From assembly GCA_012295275.1 (NCBI GenBank), contig CM022679.1, positions 5,146,001 to 5,210,000 on the forward strand: a stretch of DNA of 64,000 nucleotides, in the 5' to 3' direction. Below the pieces are notes generated by a model. The model was not told the origin of the DNA. It did no database searches and saw only the letters and a program-made list of their open reading frames with translations. Positions within the stretch are counted from its first letter, which is position 1. Every line of letters begins with the position of its first letter. Below, one piece after another: positions 13,359 to 30,278 of the stretch. The translations under genes were made by a program, and so were the position numbers. Source of the stretch: Chrysomallon squamiferum (Eukaryota > Animalia > Mollusca).

Positions 13359-14868
13359 TTTTGTCTCCAGAACGAGAAAGGAGCAAATGTAATAAAACTC
13401 TAACATTCCTTAACTCATCAAAAAAACCCAACTGCTAAACGTTTACAAATTTGAGTTATTCCATTCACAATTCTAAAAAGTCTTGTTCGTTATATTATTA
13501 TTACCGCTTGCATCGGTCACAAAACTAAGTTAAGCCTTGGTGACTTAAAAAGCCGCATGATTTAAAAAAAAAAAAAACTTAATGGTTACATGGTTACCGT
13601 CTGCTACCACTGCGTCCACTGTTTTTACAGAGACGCGTTACACGTCGTTTCTTCAATATTAAAACGATCGGTTCTTTCTGAGATAGATTTAGGAAGACAG
13701 AAGACGTGCTTCTGCATGACACGGAGAGAAATACGTTTACAGGCGAGAATTTTTATTTGACTGAAACTCTCTCCACAGGCAGATCTGTCAACATTTTGAC
13801 AACTTGATGTAATTGAAACATCTTGTCTCACTTTAAAATTAACCTTTCATTTTAGTAATCCGTATTTTCTTTTTCTTTCTTTACATGCAGGAGCTGACCT
13901 CTCAATCTCGAGCGTAATTTGGAGTGACGCAAGATTCGTTCGTTTTATTATGGTGATTAGGAACGAATGGATGGGTATTTTTTTAAATATGTTTTTAACA
14001 CATGTTAATATGTTAGTATTAACTTTATAAGGTTTCAGTCATTTTTTTGGATTTCAGTTTTCTTTAATGACGATAATAACATAGAAAAGCTCCTGCAATT
14101 GTTTTATTTTTCATGACAAATTAATGTGTTAAAACAGCACGTACCATGGCTTTTTACACGTCAATCAAAAGGGAACTGGTTATAACGGGAAATAAAAGCT
14201 CCCAGTAGCATAGATCCGGCGACCAACTAATACACTATATTTCTTTAACTCGCTATCCGCTTAATTATTGATTAATTATTTTAATTGTTAAAAGATATAT
14301 TTGTATAAACAAATAATTAATAAACAAAAACAAAACAAATAAATGAATAAAAATAAATAAAAAATACAAGTAAGAAAGATTAAAAGAAATCTATGAAGAG
14401 AATAAATAAATTCCTTAATAATATAATATAATATAATATAATATAATATAATATAATGTATATTAAGAAGAAAGAAATTACTCAAAACGGAAAGACAAAA
14501 TAATTATCGTAGGGCAAAAAATAACAACATAGCAAACAAAGATAAAAAATCCCATTAAATTAGAATTTAAAAAAATTTAAAATAAACAAGTAGCAAAATG
14601 GATAAAAAAATGAAACAAAGGAAAAGAGAAAAGAAAAGAAAAATAAATTAAATTAAAAAAAAAGAACCAAAAAAATTCGTTCTAGTGCAAAAAATTTCTG
14701 TGAGGGAAAAAATCGTAACAAAGAAGGAAATGACAGAAACAAATTAAATAAATCACCAGCTAAGACACAAAAAATATAAAGATTTAGTAAAAAAACAAAA
14801 ACAACCCCAAAAACTGTTATGCTGTAAAAGAATGGTGAATGTTAATGCATATAAAGAGAAATAAATAA

Positions 14869-14919
<51 letters not shown>

Positions 14920-15005
14920 AAAATAATAATAATAATAATAAATAATAATAATAAAATAATAAAATAATAATAATTAAAAAAAAAAAAATTAAAACATAAA
15001 AAAAG

Positions 15006-15050
<45 letters not shown>

Positions 15051-15324
15051 ATTACAGTACAAAAAGTTTACCGCGACAGCTTCAAAGAACAGTTGAGACC
15101 TCAATGATGTAAAGGTCTGTGGACACGCCCATCTTTTATTCACCCCTCCTCTACTTGTCGTCTTTCGCGAAGCCTGAATCGACGCGAACTGCGATAGCTC
15201 TACTAGCCACATTTTATAAATATCGATCTTTTCTTTCTTTTCTTTCTTTCTTCCTTTTTTTTTTTTTTTTTTCTCTTTTCCCGCTGATCACATCGGACCA
15301 CTTAATCAGCAAGCCCATATCGAT

Positions 15325-16065
15325 ATGGGATCAGCACCGGAGCAGGATGTTCAAAACGGGACAGCAGCAACAGATGATCCGGGAACGGTATCGGAGGGGG
15401 CCCAGACTGCAATCATTTGCTTGTACACGCTCATATCCCTGACCGCCATCGTTGGCAATGGAATGGTTTGTTACTTGGTGCTCGGCTTCAGGAGGATGAG
15501 GACGGTGACGAACTTGTTCATCGCCAGCCTGGCAACGAGCGACGTCCTTATGGCCGTCATCTGCATCCCCTTCACCTTCGTCGCCAACGTCCTGCTCGAC
15601 TACTGGCCCTTCGGCCACGTCCTCTGCCCGCTGATGACGTACATTCAAGTCGTGGTCGTCTTTCAGAACGCGTACACTCTTCTGGCGATCAGCTTCGAAC
15701 GCTACGTGGCCATCATGTACCCGTTCAAACCGAGGCTCCCGAAGCGCAAGGCCGTCTGGATCATCGTCCTCTGCTGGACGTTGTCGTTCATGACCCCGCT
15801 GCCCACGGCCGTGACGTCGACGCTTGTGCACGTGCCGACCGAGGTGGTGGAAAACGAAACCGTGCCTATATGCCTCGAGGTGTGGTCGTCGGAATCGCAG
15901 CGTTTTACCTACACGCTGACCATCATGATTCTCCAGTATTTTGTTCCCCTTGTGGTTCTCGTGTACACCTACTCTAGGATAGTTCACGTTGTGTGGTTGA
16001 AGGACGCTCCCCCTCACTCCAGACCCGCAGAGGACAGCGAAGGTTCAGGTGGAGCAGGTAAAAGG
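15325..16065 (+). CDS. Class A neuropeptide GPCR (RYamide/luqin receptor or GPR83-like), coding exon 1 (TM1-TM5, ICL3)
   Basis: ATG at 15325. GN in TM1, RMRTVTNLFIASLATSD in TM2, WPFG..LC in ECL1, ISFERY (E/DRY) in TM3, QYFVPL in TM5. Ends AAAAGG|gtaagt (phase 0), 247 codons. Confidence 0.93.
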
Positions 16066-17371
16066 GTAAGTTTATGTAATATATAACATACACACACACA
16101 TACATACGTACATACATACATACATAGTTATACATAGATATTTAATGTTAAATGCTAACATAAAACAAATTCAAAAAAGTCAAAGCGAGATTTTGATATT
16201 TTGTTCTACGTCTTTAAAATTTCTCTCGTCCTATCTTTTAATTTCTGTCTGTTTCTGGCCGAATACTTTATCTTTATAAAAAATATTACTTAGCGTGCCC
16301 ACTCGACCTGTGAAATACAACCAACCTCCGAATATTTTTCTTATATTTTTTTTATTTTTCAAAAAACTCTCAAAACAAAGTTTTGTGCCACTATCGGACA
16401 TAAGATATACCATTTGCGCCTGCGCATTAGCCTCGACGCCATTTGTTTTCTGTTTGATCACGATCAGACGGTGTCAACTCACGGAATAGAAAGTTCAGAT
16501 ATCTTTTGTCGCATCTATAACCAGACGTAAAATGATATTCGTGACATGCTGCGTAGCCGAAGAAGGATGAGGTGTACCAGTTAAAGACTGGTTTGGCTGT
16601 ACGCGTGCTGTGATATTGCGCTTCAGAAACTTTATTGGTTCTGTTTGGTTTCACAGAACAAAATTTCATCATTGTATACACTTTTTGGATGCCTTGTCAC
16701 GTTTAAATACATGTTTTAAGCTTTGATTTGAACAAAGATTTTATAGCAATTATCAAGTTTTATTGAGCAGTTTCTAGCTTTAACATATCTGTTGTCGGCT
16801 GTGCCTTTCATCTTCCTACACACTTCCATTCAACATACAAACCAAAAAATAAGAATAAAAACCTGATTCCCGAACTGGGCAGATAGTGTGAAACCTACGC
16901 AATACAACTAATGTGCATTTTAAATACACTCACGTCAGTGCTCATTGTCACATACTGGCTGTTGTTATATCGTTACATCAGAAAAAATGACAGTCAGATG
17001 ATCAGTCTTCTGTCACACCTCTGTAGTAATACTGAATATTGTTCACGTTACAGTAGAAAAAAACCCATCTTTTGACGCAAACAGTTTTGACATGTAATGA
17101 AATCGAAGCGACGTATCAGCGTACAAAATAATCAGTTGAACGAAGAAGAAGAAGCATCTAAATGTCACTTTACATGAAGCGTATTTTAGAAATAATCATC
17201 CACATCTGCAAACAACGCACATCAAATGCACGCCAATCATTCTCGAAATTTAACGACACTCAAAAGTACATCATCGATTGACAATTGCAGCAGATACAAT
17301 GTCCTTATTTTCAAATTCAATTTACTGTTGTACGTGCTACAGAATTCCTAATGTGTTAATAATATTTGTGT

Positions 17372-17569
<198 letters not shown>

Positions 17570-17849
17570 GACAGTAACATATTTCACCTGCAGCTCCAGT
17601 AACATACGCATAATTCACTGAATTAACTGGGGAATATTGCGTAATCCTGTTTGTCCTTCTAGAATGATAAACAGACGTAAACGTTTCGACAGCTTTCTTT
17701 CATTTATTATTTCCGGGATATTCCCCTGAAACGTTTCTTTTCTTGATGCTTGCAAATGAGTTCGAACTGTCAGCATTCTTTGAAATGTCGATGATGTGTA
17801 ATGATTGTGCATCTGGACGCTGTGTTGTTACATGATAAACCAGTTCAGT

Positions 17850-17972
<123 letters not shown>

Positions 17973-18376
17973 GTTTTTACGTTTAATATTTTCTGTAATC
18001 TCAATCTCTCTCTCAAATTGCACTTAGCATGTTCATGCGAACACAGACAATGAAACGTTTCCTTTTTTATTTCAATGAAAGTTAAGTCTGATAACTTTCT
18101 TCAGTTTCTCAGTAACAAAATATGACACAAACCGCCGTTATGTGAAAATGCTGATTTTGCCATTTCATATCATACGCAGTTTTATATACAAAAACTTAAA
18201 AATGCACAGAATTCAAATATATAACATGGAGATACTGCATAACTTTATCTCATCCTTAGTTCAGATAATAATTTCATCCTGAGTTCCCCAAAACAATAAT
18301 AGCAATAAAATAAAGAAACAAAACAAAACAACAACAAAAAAAATAAAATAAAAAAAATAATATATAATAAAAAATA

Positions 18377-18457
<81 letters not shown>

Positions 18458-19261
18458 TAAAAATAAATCAATAAAAATTAAAATAATAAAATAAACCAAA
18501 AATAATACAAAACGGAAAATCACAAATTTTTACATTAGTCCCATAAAGATAACAGTTTATCAGTGTGATTCTGACGTAGAATTATGAAATTTCACACACA
18601 ACTAAGATAGAATCCTCAAACGAGCAGTTTCGTGAAAAGTCCTTAAGTGTCTTTCAACCGAGATCTTTAGGCCTCACTGAAATCATATCAATACATAATG
18701 GAGACATCCTGATCTTCCAATCTGTCAGAAAACCAAGCCCTTACTGATCTTACAATTCATTTTGATTATTGCAAGCCTCAAAGCTGGATTCAGGGTAACT
18801 AGCCAATTACAGGGTTGTCGTACTTACTTCAGTTTTCAATGTGAAGATAAAAATCTTCTGTGGTTTTTTTTTCTTTCTTTTTTTTTTTTTTTTTTTTTTT
18901 TTTTCTTGTGGAATTATTCAATGAGCGACCCAGAAGTATAAAATGGGGAAATATGTTATTTTATGTTTTTTTTTTTTATTTTTTAACTTTCTATATATTT
19001 TTTTTTCTGTTAGCCTTTTTAGTTTGTTTACGTTGGGGTGGGGGTAGGGGTGTGTGTTTCTTTTAATATTTTTTTTTGTTTTGTTGGAGTTTATTTTGTT
19101 AAAATTGAGGTTTTGTTTTGCATTGTCTTCTTGTTTTACTTAAACTTTTCACGTAGTTGTAGTTTCTCTAACGCTATCAATCTTAATGTCTTTATCTTTC
19201 AAAAATTCTGCACCTTTAGTTTCATATTGTGTATGTTTTAATGTGTATGTTTCAGTGTTTG

Positions 19262-19361
<100 letters not shown>

Positions 19362-20761
19362 TATGTGTGCAGGTGTCATTTTATTAAGTAATTAATCTTT
19401 TTGCTTCTGTGTCTTTGCATTGTTGATGTTTTTCATATTTTGTTTGTCTGTTTTTGGGCGGGGTGGTTTGTTTTGTTTTTTGTCAAAATTCTTTTTAATT
19501 ATATTTTTGACAAAGACAACGCTTATTATTCGTTACAAGACTGACAATAAAACACAAACAAAATTAAATGAACTGTCAGTCTGAAACGTGAAATAGGCAC
19601 ATTACTCGTCATTTGTACATCAGTGAAAAAAAAAAAATATAGTAAAAATAATAATAATAACAACAATAGCAACAACAACAACAATAACATTAACAATAAT
19701 AATATCAATAATAATAACAATAGCATTAATAATAATAATAATAATAATAAATACAAATAAATAAAAATTGATCCGTAATAATTACAATCTATCTGTTCTA
19801 ACGCGCCCGTGTATACATGAACGCCAAAAAAAAACGGCATATTTATGAACGGTCGTAGAGAATCATTAACTGTAACCCGGAACAACTGAACAATTTATAC
19901 GATTTCGTAAAAATAGCAACTTTCGTGACTACGTCTAATTGAAAAGAAGAATTTCTGTCTTGGCTTCTTAGCACAGATTTCACCTAGAAACTAGATTTGT
20001 GTTACGATTATGGTAAACTGACTAAGATTTCGGATCATTTGTAAATACATCTATCTCCTTCTTTTGCTTTTTTATTGCAGTGTTGGCGTCTTTTTGCTAT
20101 GCATTCGTTCTGTATTACTTTTCTCACGATTTGTGTTTTTATCTTGTTATAGGATCAGTTTGTTTTATTACCAGCATGTAATTTTTTGTCTGTTGGTCAG
20201 TTACACATATAAATGGTGTTTCATTCATTGATGTATTATGTATAATTATTTTTATGCTAGATTTTTCTTACTCTCGCCTTTCATAACTATCCTTCACGTC
20301 CTTCGAATTTTTTTTTTAATATTTACTTTTACGTATAAACATCATCTAAGAGTGTATCTTTCCATAGGCGGTAATCTGCAAACACCATTAAGCTTGTACA
20401 AACACCATTACTTCAGCAGAACTGAATCGGATTTAATAGAACGGGCAATTTTTCACGAAATGTGAGTGACCTGCCGGAAACGGAACTTAGTCCGCAGTAA
20501 ATCAAGTCCCTTTGATGAACGACGGTCAGTGGTTATTACCCTTGAGATGAGTTTTTGCTAGGCACGGGCTATGCTTTTCCAATGTACTCCACCAGGAATG
20601 AATCATGGGTTTATAGAATTCAGTCTATTTATTGTCTGACCAGGAATCAGACAGTGTCAGTGGGCTAAGACAAATGAGGAAATCAGCTCTGGGGTAGTCT
20701 ACGGAGAGAATGTTTATTATAAAATATCGAAATGAATTTATTGTGAAACACCATTCTCGCT

Positions 20762-20879
<118 letters not shown>

Positions 20880-21882
20880 ATTCTCATTCTCTCTGTATCT
20901 CTAGGCCCATTTATTTACCTACCTATCTCACTCTTTTCTCCGTGAGTAATTGTCTCTCTTTCTCTCTATAGTCTTTTTGCAATTTTCTCATATGCAGTTT
21001 GCGCAAGTATATTTAAACAACAATTATGTTCAAACTCCTGACCCTCTCGTAAAAATCGTAGCTTATGGAATTTCATCACTTTAACTAATTAGATTCTGAA
21101 TCTCTCTTTTTATCCAGGAAAGTACGAAGCGCCCTAACAATAGGTTTGTTTACCTAACAATAATGTTAATATTTCTGTCTTTGTCTGTGTTTCTTTGAAC
21201 AAATATTTAAGCCGGAAAATCTGCAAATACGTTCCAGCCTTAATGAAAACAGAGGATCAATGCTTTTCTGCATGGATTGTGACAAAGGGAAGATCACAAT
21301 CAGAGGTTTAACAGTAAAGAAAACAGTGAACTCAGTGATAGGGAGATAAAGTTGCTATTGGCGTCTGGTACGATTGTTAGGGTGTAGTTACAGGAACAAC
21401 TGAAATGTTACTAACTTACTTATCATTAGCATATAAGTTTAAGTATTTAAATTATGGTGACAAGAAAATAATCTTCCAGAAAATAATAAATAGACAGCGA
21501 AGAGGATTGATCTGGCGATCCTTCGTGCCTCAATTAAAACCGAAATCACTGCCCCGTCACTCATGATGTCGTATTAAGCAACAGTAAATAATTATAACTG
21601 AGAGCAGGTCGTTGATTCCTGTCCTTTTTTCTCAGCGTTTCGACAATAATATCAACTAATCGAGTTTCAAGGGCATTGCTGCCAGAGACCAGGTGTGACT
21701 TTAATGCAACTAATCAGTGAAATGGGATGTTGTTATGGCCGCAGTGTGTCTTGCGAGAATCGTGTGGGTTTTCTATGAAAATGAACAACACGATAATTTG
21801 ATACAGATTTATTAGACTCGTTATTTAACAACCACTTTGTAGCAGTCTCTCCGTCTCTTTCCGTTTCTCTCTCTCTCTGTCT

Positions 21883-22043
<161 letters not shown>

Positions 22044-25000
22044 TACACACAAACACAAATTCTCCATCTTTTTCTATTTCCTCACTTTCTCAAATACCTT
22101 TATTACTGTTACTTTCTCTCTCTCACATTCTCTTTCCATCAAACTCTAGTTCTCTCTTTTATATTCATCTTTCACTATCTACCTTCCTCTCAATCCCTTT
22201 GTTTCTCTATCTACCTTCCTCTCTTTGTCTCTGCAATCTCTCTCTGTTAAGCGGTACACAACATTCTAGCACTTACCAGCATTAGACAACAACCGCTACA
22301 AAACCTCGATGTTACTCAAACCTGAAAGCCCAGGAACGCGCCGTCGAGATCGATGTTTTTGCTGCTATCTCTTTTCTCCTTCTCATTTGTACAACTTCGA
22401 TTTAATTAATCGGCCGTCTGAGAATGTTGATTAGTACCAAAAGGACATGCAAAGCGACAGCGTCAATTGCAAAATGATTATGTTCAAAAGATGCACTTGG
22501 TTTCATAAGGTCGTAGTCTAATCTCAGATTAGTCTGAACAAATAAGGGTGCAGATTATTTTTGACTTGATCGTTTTCACTCATGTGTGTCCTAAATAATC
22601 TAAAGAAGATTATTGTCTATATTGATTTTATACATGAAAGAATTAATGTATCTTTAAAAACACTTTAGTAAAAAGAGAAACAAATATTTTGTAGGAATTA
22701 TTATTATGAGATAAGTAAAACTTTTTTCTATGAAGATGTTGAGAAAAGAAACATTACTGCCATGATGCTACGGAATAACTGTTTTAGAGTTTCAGGTTTG
22801 TTTTACGAAGGTTACAATGCTGAAATGCAGAGAGGCAATGTCGAGCTGCATTCGATATTCGACCCGAGCAGGATGAAACTGATAGTTTAAAGACTCTAAT
22901 CAATTATTTCTTTTATCCTGCAATTATAAATAAAAAAAAATAAAAATAAATCAACTTGCTTGCCAAATTCACGCGCACTGACAGATTTTCGCCTGAAAAA
23001 GACTGAAATAACGTAAATAACGACAATTTATTTTTGATTTTTTAATTGAAAACTGTTTTCAGAATGGTCCATTTAGGTTTAAAACAGTAGTAAAACATTA
23101 AAAAAATAACTTTGGATAATATGATGAGAAAAAAAACCCAACAACACCAAAACAAGTAATTTTTCGAAGTAAATCTGATTCCGTCCCCAAAAGCTATATT
23201 TTTGGTCAGTGACCGAGATAACATAAGTTTTCTCTATTCCCTTTCTGTCTTCTTGTTTGCCTCTTTCCATTTATAAAAATATTATCAATGAATCATCTTT
23301 CTTTTGATCTTTTTCTTATGCCAAATGGGCATGATACTTTGAAATCCCATTTAAATCCACTCCGATTAACCAACTCGAATGCTTCTTTGAAATACGTCTT
23401 CTATCATTTATATTTACCTTAAAATAGAGCACGGTCGTGATTTCAGCTATAATCATCATCATCATTTAAATCCGTGTGTTTAGAGCATTGAGAAGATACA
23501 GTTAATCTCTATTGAAAAACAGATTTAACTTAATATGTTGGTTTAATACCAAATTTAAAAAAAAAAAAATATGGATTGATATGAAGTTTATCTTAGTGAA
23601 ATGGTCAAATCGGTGGTTTGAAAAGATGTTTATTGATTTAATAATACTAAACCAGAGTTCAATGTTGGAATATCACTTGAGAAATGTGAGATTACTGGAT
23701 CTGTATTCCTCAGTGCCCACTTCTGATCCACGGTGGAGTCAAAGTAGTAAAATTCTGGGAACTGATTTTATTTTTTATTTTTTTAGGAAAAGTACATGTG
23801 ACATTTATATACCTGCAACTCGGTGTCCAAAAGTATATCATTTGATTGATTTCTCACATATAACCGTTTTATATTTATGTTTGATACCCAGTAACATTAA
23901 AAGACAAATATTAATTAATTGACAGTTCATTCCATTATTTATTTATTAAATAGTTTTGCTGATTTTATCTTTGAAATCCAATAACAATCTTAATGAGCAG
24001 AGTATAATAATAATAAAAATAATAATAAAAATAAAAATAATAATAGTAGTAGTAGTAGTAGTAGTGGTAGTAGTAGTACTAGTTGTTGTAGTAGTAGTAA
24101 TTAATAATAAATATAGTGGTAGTAGTATCAGAGATAATGATAATTATAGCAATAACAACAACAGCAACAATATAGAAAAAAAAAAAAAAAAAAGAAGAAA
24201 TATGAACAAAAACAAAACATAATATAATTTAAAAATCAGATCTTAAATTTTTTTCACCTTTTAATTCAGAAGAACTGTAAGAAGAGAAGTAATCGTAAGT
24301 AAAATATTGTTTAAAAAATCACGTACATTTCCACTCAATCACAGGGAAGTGATTTACTTATGACATTTGTTAAGACTTAATGATATCGATCAGAATGAAA
24401 AATTTATCTGACAGGAATTCTCACAAAAACAAAATAATTAATGATAACAGAAACAAAAAGACATCAGTTTAATGTTTTGTGTAAAATATGAAATCAAAAC
24501 TGCAATAAAATAAAATGTGTTGAAAAACATTAATCCATACAATACTTTAAAAAAGTAAGATAAAAAAGACATAAATAAAATAAATTAATGAATAACAATA
24601 TATTTATATATAATAAATAATAATGATAATAATAATAATAAAAACATGAAAAAATAAAAATATATATAAATGTAATTTAATAATGTATATGAAAAATCCA
24701 TTTATTAAGCTAACATTTACATTTTTTTTTTTATTAATTGAGAAAGAAAATGAATAAATTAGCAAAGAAATATAAATAATCAGGATGCTTTCTAAATTAT
24801 GTATAGACATACATATATGCCTTCATGCAGAGATACATGCATACAAACAAAAATACATCCATCCATCCATCCATCCATCCATCCATCCATATATACGTAC
24901 ATAAATGCATACACATATTCATAAATAAGAAGATACATATATAAATAAACACACATACACAAAAATATATATTCATGGCCAAGTGGAGTCATGATTGGAC

Positions 25001-27300
25001 TTTGTCCTCCTGTGCCAGTGTGTTCCCGAATATTGTCTATATGCAGTCTAATCAGACGTACATAAAAATGAGAATATTCAGTCCATCCCCCCCACACACT
25101 GGTGTCTGTGTTTACATATAATCAGAGTAACAGACTTGTTAAACGCGATATACTGCTTCAGCTTGATAAGCAATTAAATCATCATGCAGTTGAAAACTCC
25201 CTGACATACAAACTATCTGTTATAAGTTCGAGTGTCAAAGAGTCTGTCCGTAATGATCGGATCCAAGAGCAACCAGAAAAAACACATCAGCAGCTTCTTC
25301 ATTTCAGATATTATATAATAAAAGAATAACGTATGTTGTTGTTTAGTGTGAAATCTCTCCCTTATTTGTGTCTCTTGTTCTTGTTCTTCTTGATCAGTAA
25401 CTGTTATCTCTCCTGTTTCAAGAAAATCTTAAAAGTAATAAGGTTGCAAAAAGGAAACGTCAGTCTTTTTATGGTACTTTTATTATTATCTTTTCCAAAA
25501 CTAAAGAGGTAACGATCAATAGACGCCAGCTTTTTTTCAATATACGACACTTCATAAAGCAGTGAAATGATGATGGGCGCCGTATCTTACAAGATTTGGT
25601 AAATCGGGTGTTTAATTAATTTCTCAGTTCAGAGATATGCTGCAGGATTTTTTTCTTTTTTAAACTAGAACTAGTCGGCTATAAAGTGTTATACATGGCG
25701 TAATTGGGCGGCATTAATTTTGACACTGGGGTCAGAGAGAAAGGGAGCATCTCCCACTGTCCTGTGATTACTGGAAGGAACAAAGGACTGCGTATTAAGA
25801 TGATCTTGGTTAAGTGATCTGGAGCAGGTCATCGCAGACATCGATCACGAAAACGTTCCACTTTGTGTCTGTGTGTGTTAATGAATTAAACTGCGCTGCA
25901 CTTAAAATCACGTTTAATAGGAACTGATGTCGCTCTAGTGTTTCGTGATGAATGTCTTTGAGTTGTTGTCTGTTGATTTATGGGTGTACGCAGAGTGTGT
26001 GGGATGTGCTTTGAGGGTGGTGGGAGTTATGGGAAGCGTGTGAGTGTGGGTGTTAATTAATGTACGTGTGGATGTAGATGCGTGCCAATGTGTGTGGGTT
26101 TAGTATGAGGTTAATGACGTGGCTGATGGATATAGGTGATCATCGTCTTCTTTCCACCACAGAAATATCCAAGAATGCCTGACGTGCTCACAGCCTGTGA
26201 CAATATAGTGAGTTGTTTTTAATGTACATTAAATGGGTTTAATTTGTCACATGTTCCCTTCTCGTTATGTTTTTCTTTAAAATATAGTAGTAATGTTCTG
26301 AGGCTGAAGCGAATTCAAAGCCACTATGTCAGCATCTGTGTATGGTGAAGATGTTAACGTATTCTTATGTGAACTGTATGCATATTCAAAACATAACCAT
26401 AACACTTAATTATATGTAGATACACGTACACACACACATATATATGCGAATGTTTATGTGTGTGTGTGTGTGTGTGTGTGTGTCTCTAGTGTATCTATGT
26501 GGATATATATGGCGTATATGAATGTGTGTATATGTGTGTGAGCGTGTGTGTTTGTGTATGTGTATACGTAATAGCGTGCATATATGTATATCCAAAAACA
26601 TAATGAAATAATAAACACAATTATGCAATCTTCAATGAGTAGAAGGATTCGCATATCATGAAATTACTCTTCATAATTTCTACATTGTCACTGCCTGTTT
26701 TGTTTCCTATCTCATTTTAAAAAATAATTTCACAGAGACGAAACCAGAACGAAATCAGGTTTTATCATTGCTCCACCTTTATTATAAAAGTACACTGCGA
26801 TATTTCTGGCAATGGAAATAACAGTTACAACCATCTGAGGGTCCGTAATAATGGCGGGTCAGTGTAGAGTTCAGAGTAAAATGAAGAGAACTGTTTATCT
26901 AGAAAAACAATGGACAGTTTGGTAACGACACCTCCACACGCAAATCTGCAGTTACTGAGTGACTATTATTTGATGTTTGGATTCCAGTTCTAAGAGCAAG
27001 TAAATTCACGTGGATCTGTCTGTGATTTGCTCGGTTTGTCTGTCAGTGTGTATATACATCTGTGTATGAATGTCGATCGATCCATTTCTCCGTCTTTTCG
27101 TCTCAGTGATTTGTCATCCATGTGTTTCTGTGTATTTATTATTGTTATCATTATTGTTGGTTGTTGTTGTTATTATTAATTAATCAATTAATTGTCCGTC
27201 TCTGTATGTGTCTGTCTCACTGTGTTATTTTAAACATGAATCTGTATGTGTTTCTCAGTTCAGTCTAATTCCTGTATTATAAATTAGGCTTATTACTTTT

Positions 27301-27396
<96 letters not shown>

Positions 27397-27829
27397 ATTT
27401 ATCTAAAACTATGGTACACGTTTTCCTATGTGTGAAACTGCGCATATAAGAGATCTAATCGATGTGAATATGACTGACACATAATAACAGTTTAATTTAA
27501 AATGTGCTGTCCATTCTCTCTGTGTCAGACACACAGACAGACGTAGATTGATTATTATTCCGATATTTTGATAAATCATATTCAGTTATTTTATTTTATT
27601 TTATATAATGTTCAAAACAAAACAGACAGATTGACAGACATACACATAAATAGAAATAAATAATTAATGGATAGATAACAGACTAACAAACAAATGAAAA
27701 AACAATATATATTTATAATTATTTTACAGAACAAAGTTGTAAGGTACAAAAAAAAAAGAAAGAATGAAGCAGAAGAAAAACAAACTTGTTACGATTTTTA
27801 GATTCTTATCATTTCAACAATGATGATTC

Positions 27830-28520
27830 ACTGAAAATTAAGGATACGTTGATAAATAACGGTGCATTTCAGAAATAACTGCTAACAAAAAACACTTTTA
27901 TAATTGAGAAGTCAATACAAAATGAGTAATAAACAACATACTGAATAAATAAAAGCATACTGAAGACTAAGATGCACTTAAAAATAACGGTCTTTAGGTG
28001 AAATATTATTGACAACAGCGAAATTAACTGCATATAGGAGAAAATGCATGCAATTATTTCTTTAGAGATATTTTTTAGAGACACGGATGTATTGTGAAAT
28101 ACTGGTATGTCGGAGAGTATCGGCATATTGAACAAATGAAAGCATACTGAAAATTAAGACGCATTGAAATATTATAACGGCATACTGAAAACTAATACAC
28201 ATGCGGAATCAAATTCGGCAAACTGGAGAAATAACGTGTTTTTTTTGAGACATAAGTGTATATTGAATACTAACATACAAGGGCTATTTCGGTGAAAAAA
28301 CCCAATATCAAGTACCCTAGAGATTTAATTGTTTGTATAAGAAATAACTGAATATTGAAAACGTAGACGGTTTAGGATCTAAACGGTATATTGAAAAGTA
28401 AAATAAAATACGTTAAATTGATTATTTAGCTGTTTGTAGGAGAAATAACGGAATACTGGAAACTAGATGTAACGGGAAATTGAAAACTAATATAGAATCC
28501 GTTGATCTGAAGATTGTATC
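27830..28520. repeat. Highly degenerate short-period repeat in GPCR intron
   Basis: Recurrent GAAATAACGG, GCATACTGAAAA and CTGAAAATTAAG motifs at roughly 20-nt spacing. Confidence 0.45.
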
Positions 28521-29295
28521 TGTCTGTAGGAGAAGTAAAGGTACAATTACTGAGAGGTATCTTTACGCAACGATTTACCGAGAAGTAACGATAAGGAGAA
28601 TCCGATACCAATTCCCAGAAGATATTATTTTAATGGTTTGTGAGAAATCATAGAAAACAACGCAATCGATTTCGTCTTTTTTTAATTTCAAGAATCATTG
28701 AAAAGTAAATTGAAATTTGGAAGCCGAGTGAATACATGCAAAGTGAAATAATTCCTTTTGTCAAAATAACGTCTTTCTGAAAATTCAGGTGCTTTGTAAT
28801 CTGAAAAATCTGGATCGTAATTAAGCTCACTAGATCTTTTGCGCTGAACCGATTTGCACAAAATCTCAATTTTTTTTTCTCTTTCTTTTTTACACTAGCA
28901 AAAACCTTTTTTTTTTTTTTTTTTTTTTTTCTTCTTTAAATCGTGACTTTAATCAGTTTAATGATGTCGTTCATTATTCTGGAAGCATTCACCAAAGATT
29001 TTATATTCAAATTACGTGGATTGTATCCGAAGGCGTCAAGTTTTCTTAATTTAAATTGTATTGTAATTTGCCTCAGAGAATGTTTTGATGGTGAAGGTGA
29101 GTATTGACTTCTCCGCGCTGTGAACGGGTGCCCGCGGCGAACTGGGTTCAACATTTGATTAATTAAAATTCACTTTAGTATGACAATAATGAGTTTGTCA
29201 CACAGTGAAATGGAAGCAGGTTATTTCATGTTTATAAAATGGTATTAAAGAAATAATAAGATAAATGAAAACTAAATTGCAAAGAAAAAGCAATA

Positions 29296-29356
<61 letters not shown>

Positions 29357-30160
29357 TAAAAATAATAATAATAAAAATAACAATAATAGAACAATAAAGT
29401 AAAATAAAAATATAAAAATAAATAAATAAAAATAATAAACATAAAGAAATAAATAAAGAAATAAAGAAACAAAAATAATAAACAAAAATAAAATAAAATA
29501 AAATAAAATAAAATAAAATAAAATAAAATGTAACCCAACCCAACTATCCAGAAGGAAGAAGAAATATGTAGAAAGATTTCCTTACAGATATATTTCTTTA
29601 TTTATATTGTTAGAAGTAAGATTCCATCTCACACTAAACCTAAAACGTAATCAAGAAATCCTTCATTTATCAAACTTGAGAAATATTTCCTCTTATTTTA
29701 TTGTATTTTAATTTATATTACGACAAATTACTGTCAGTTAAAGACAACAAAAGAGATATATTTTATTTCCAATTTATTTACTAAGTTATGGAGAAAGTTG
29801 GACGAATATTTATGTCCTGTCTTTGTTTCACTTCTTTATTTTACTTTCTTTTGTGCATGTATTTCTTCTTCATCATCATCTTCTTCTTCTTCTTCTTCTT
29901 CATCTTCTTCTTCTTCTTCTTCTTCTTCTTCTTCATCTTCTTCTTCTTCTCTTTATTCATTATCTTTCAATAACTCTCTCTTTCTTGTTCTGTCGCTTTA
30001 TTTCTGATCATTTTGAAACTAATTCTTATTTTATATTAATACTTAATTTTCTATTAACCACGAAGTTCCAGTGTATTAGTACGTTCGTTCACATCAGATT
30101 TTCCATTGCAGTTATAAACTATTTATAACTAGGAAACTCTAATGTGATGGTAAAAAGTTG

Positions 30161-30278
<118 letters not shown>

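Noticed and set aside
15331-16017. 228-aa antisense ORF and 186-aa alternate-frame ORF over GPCR exon 1
   Set aside because: Same codon-bias shadow effect. They coincide exactly with the real exon.
23512-23922. 136-aa ORF within the GPCR intron
   Set aside because: Non-ATG start, AT-rich composition, no domain resemblance and no clear exon boundaries.
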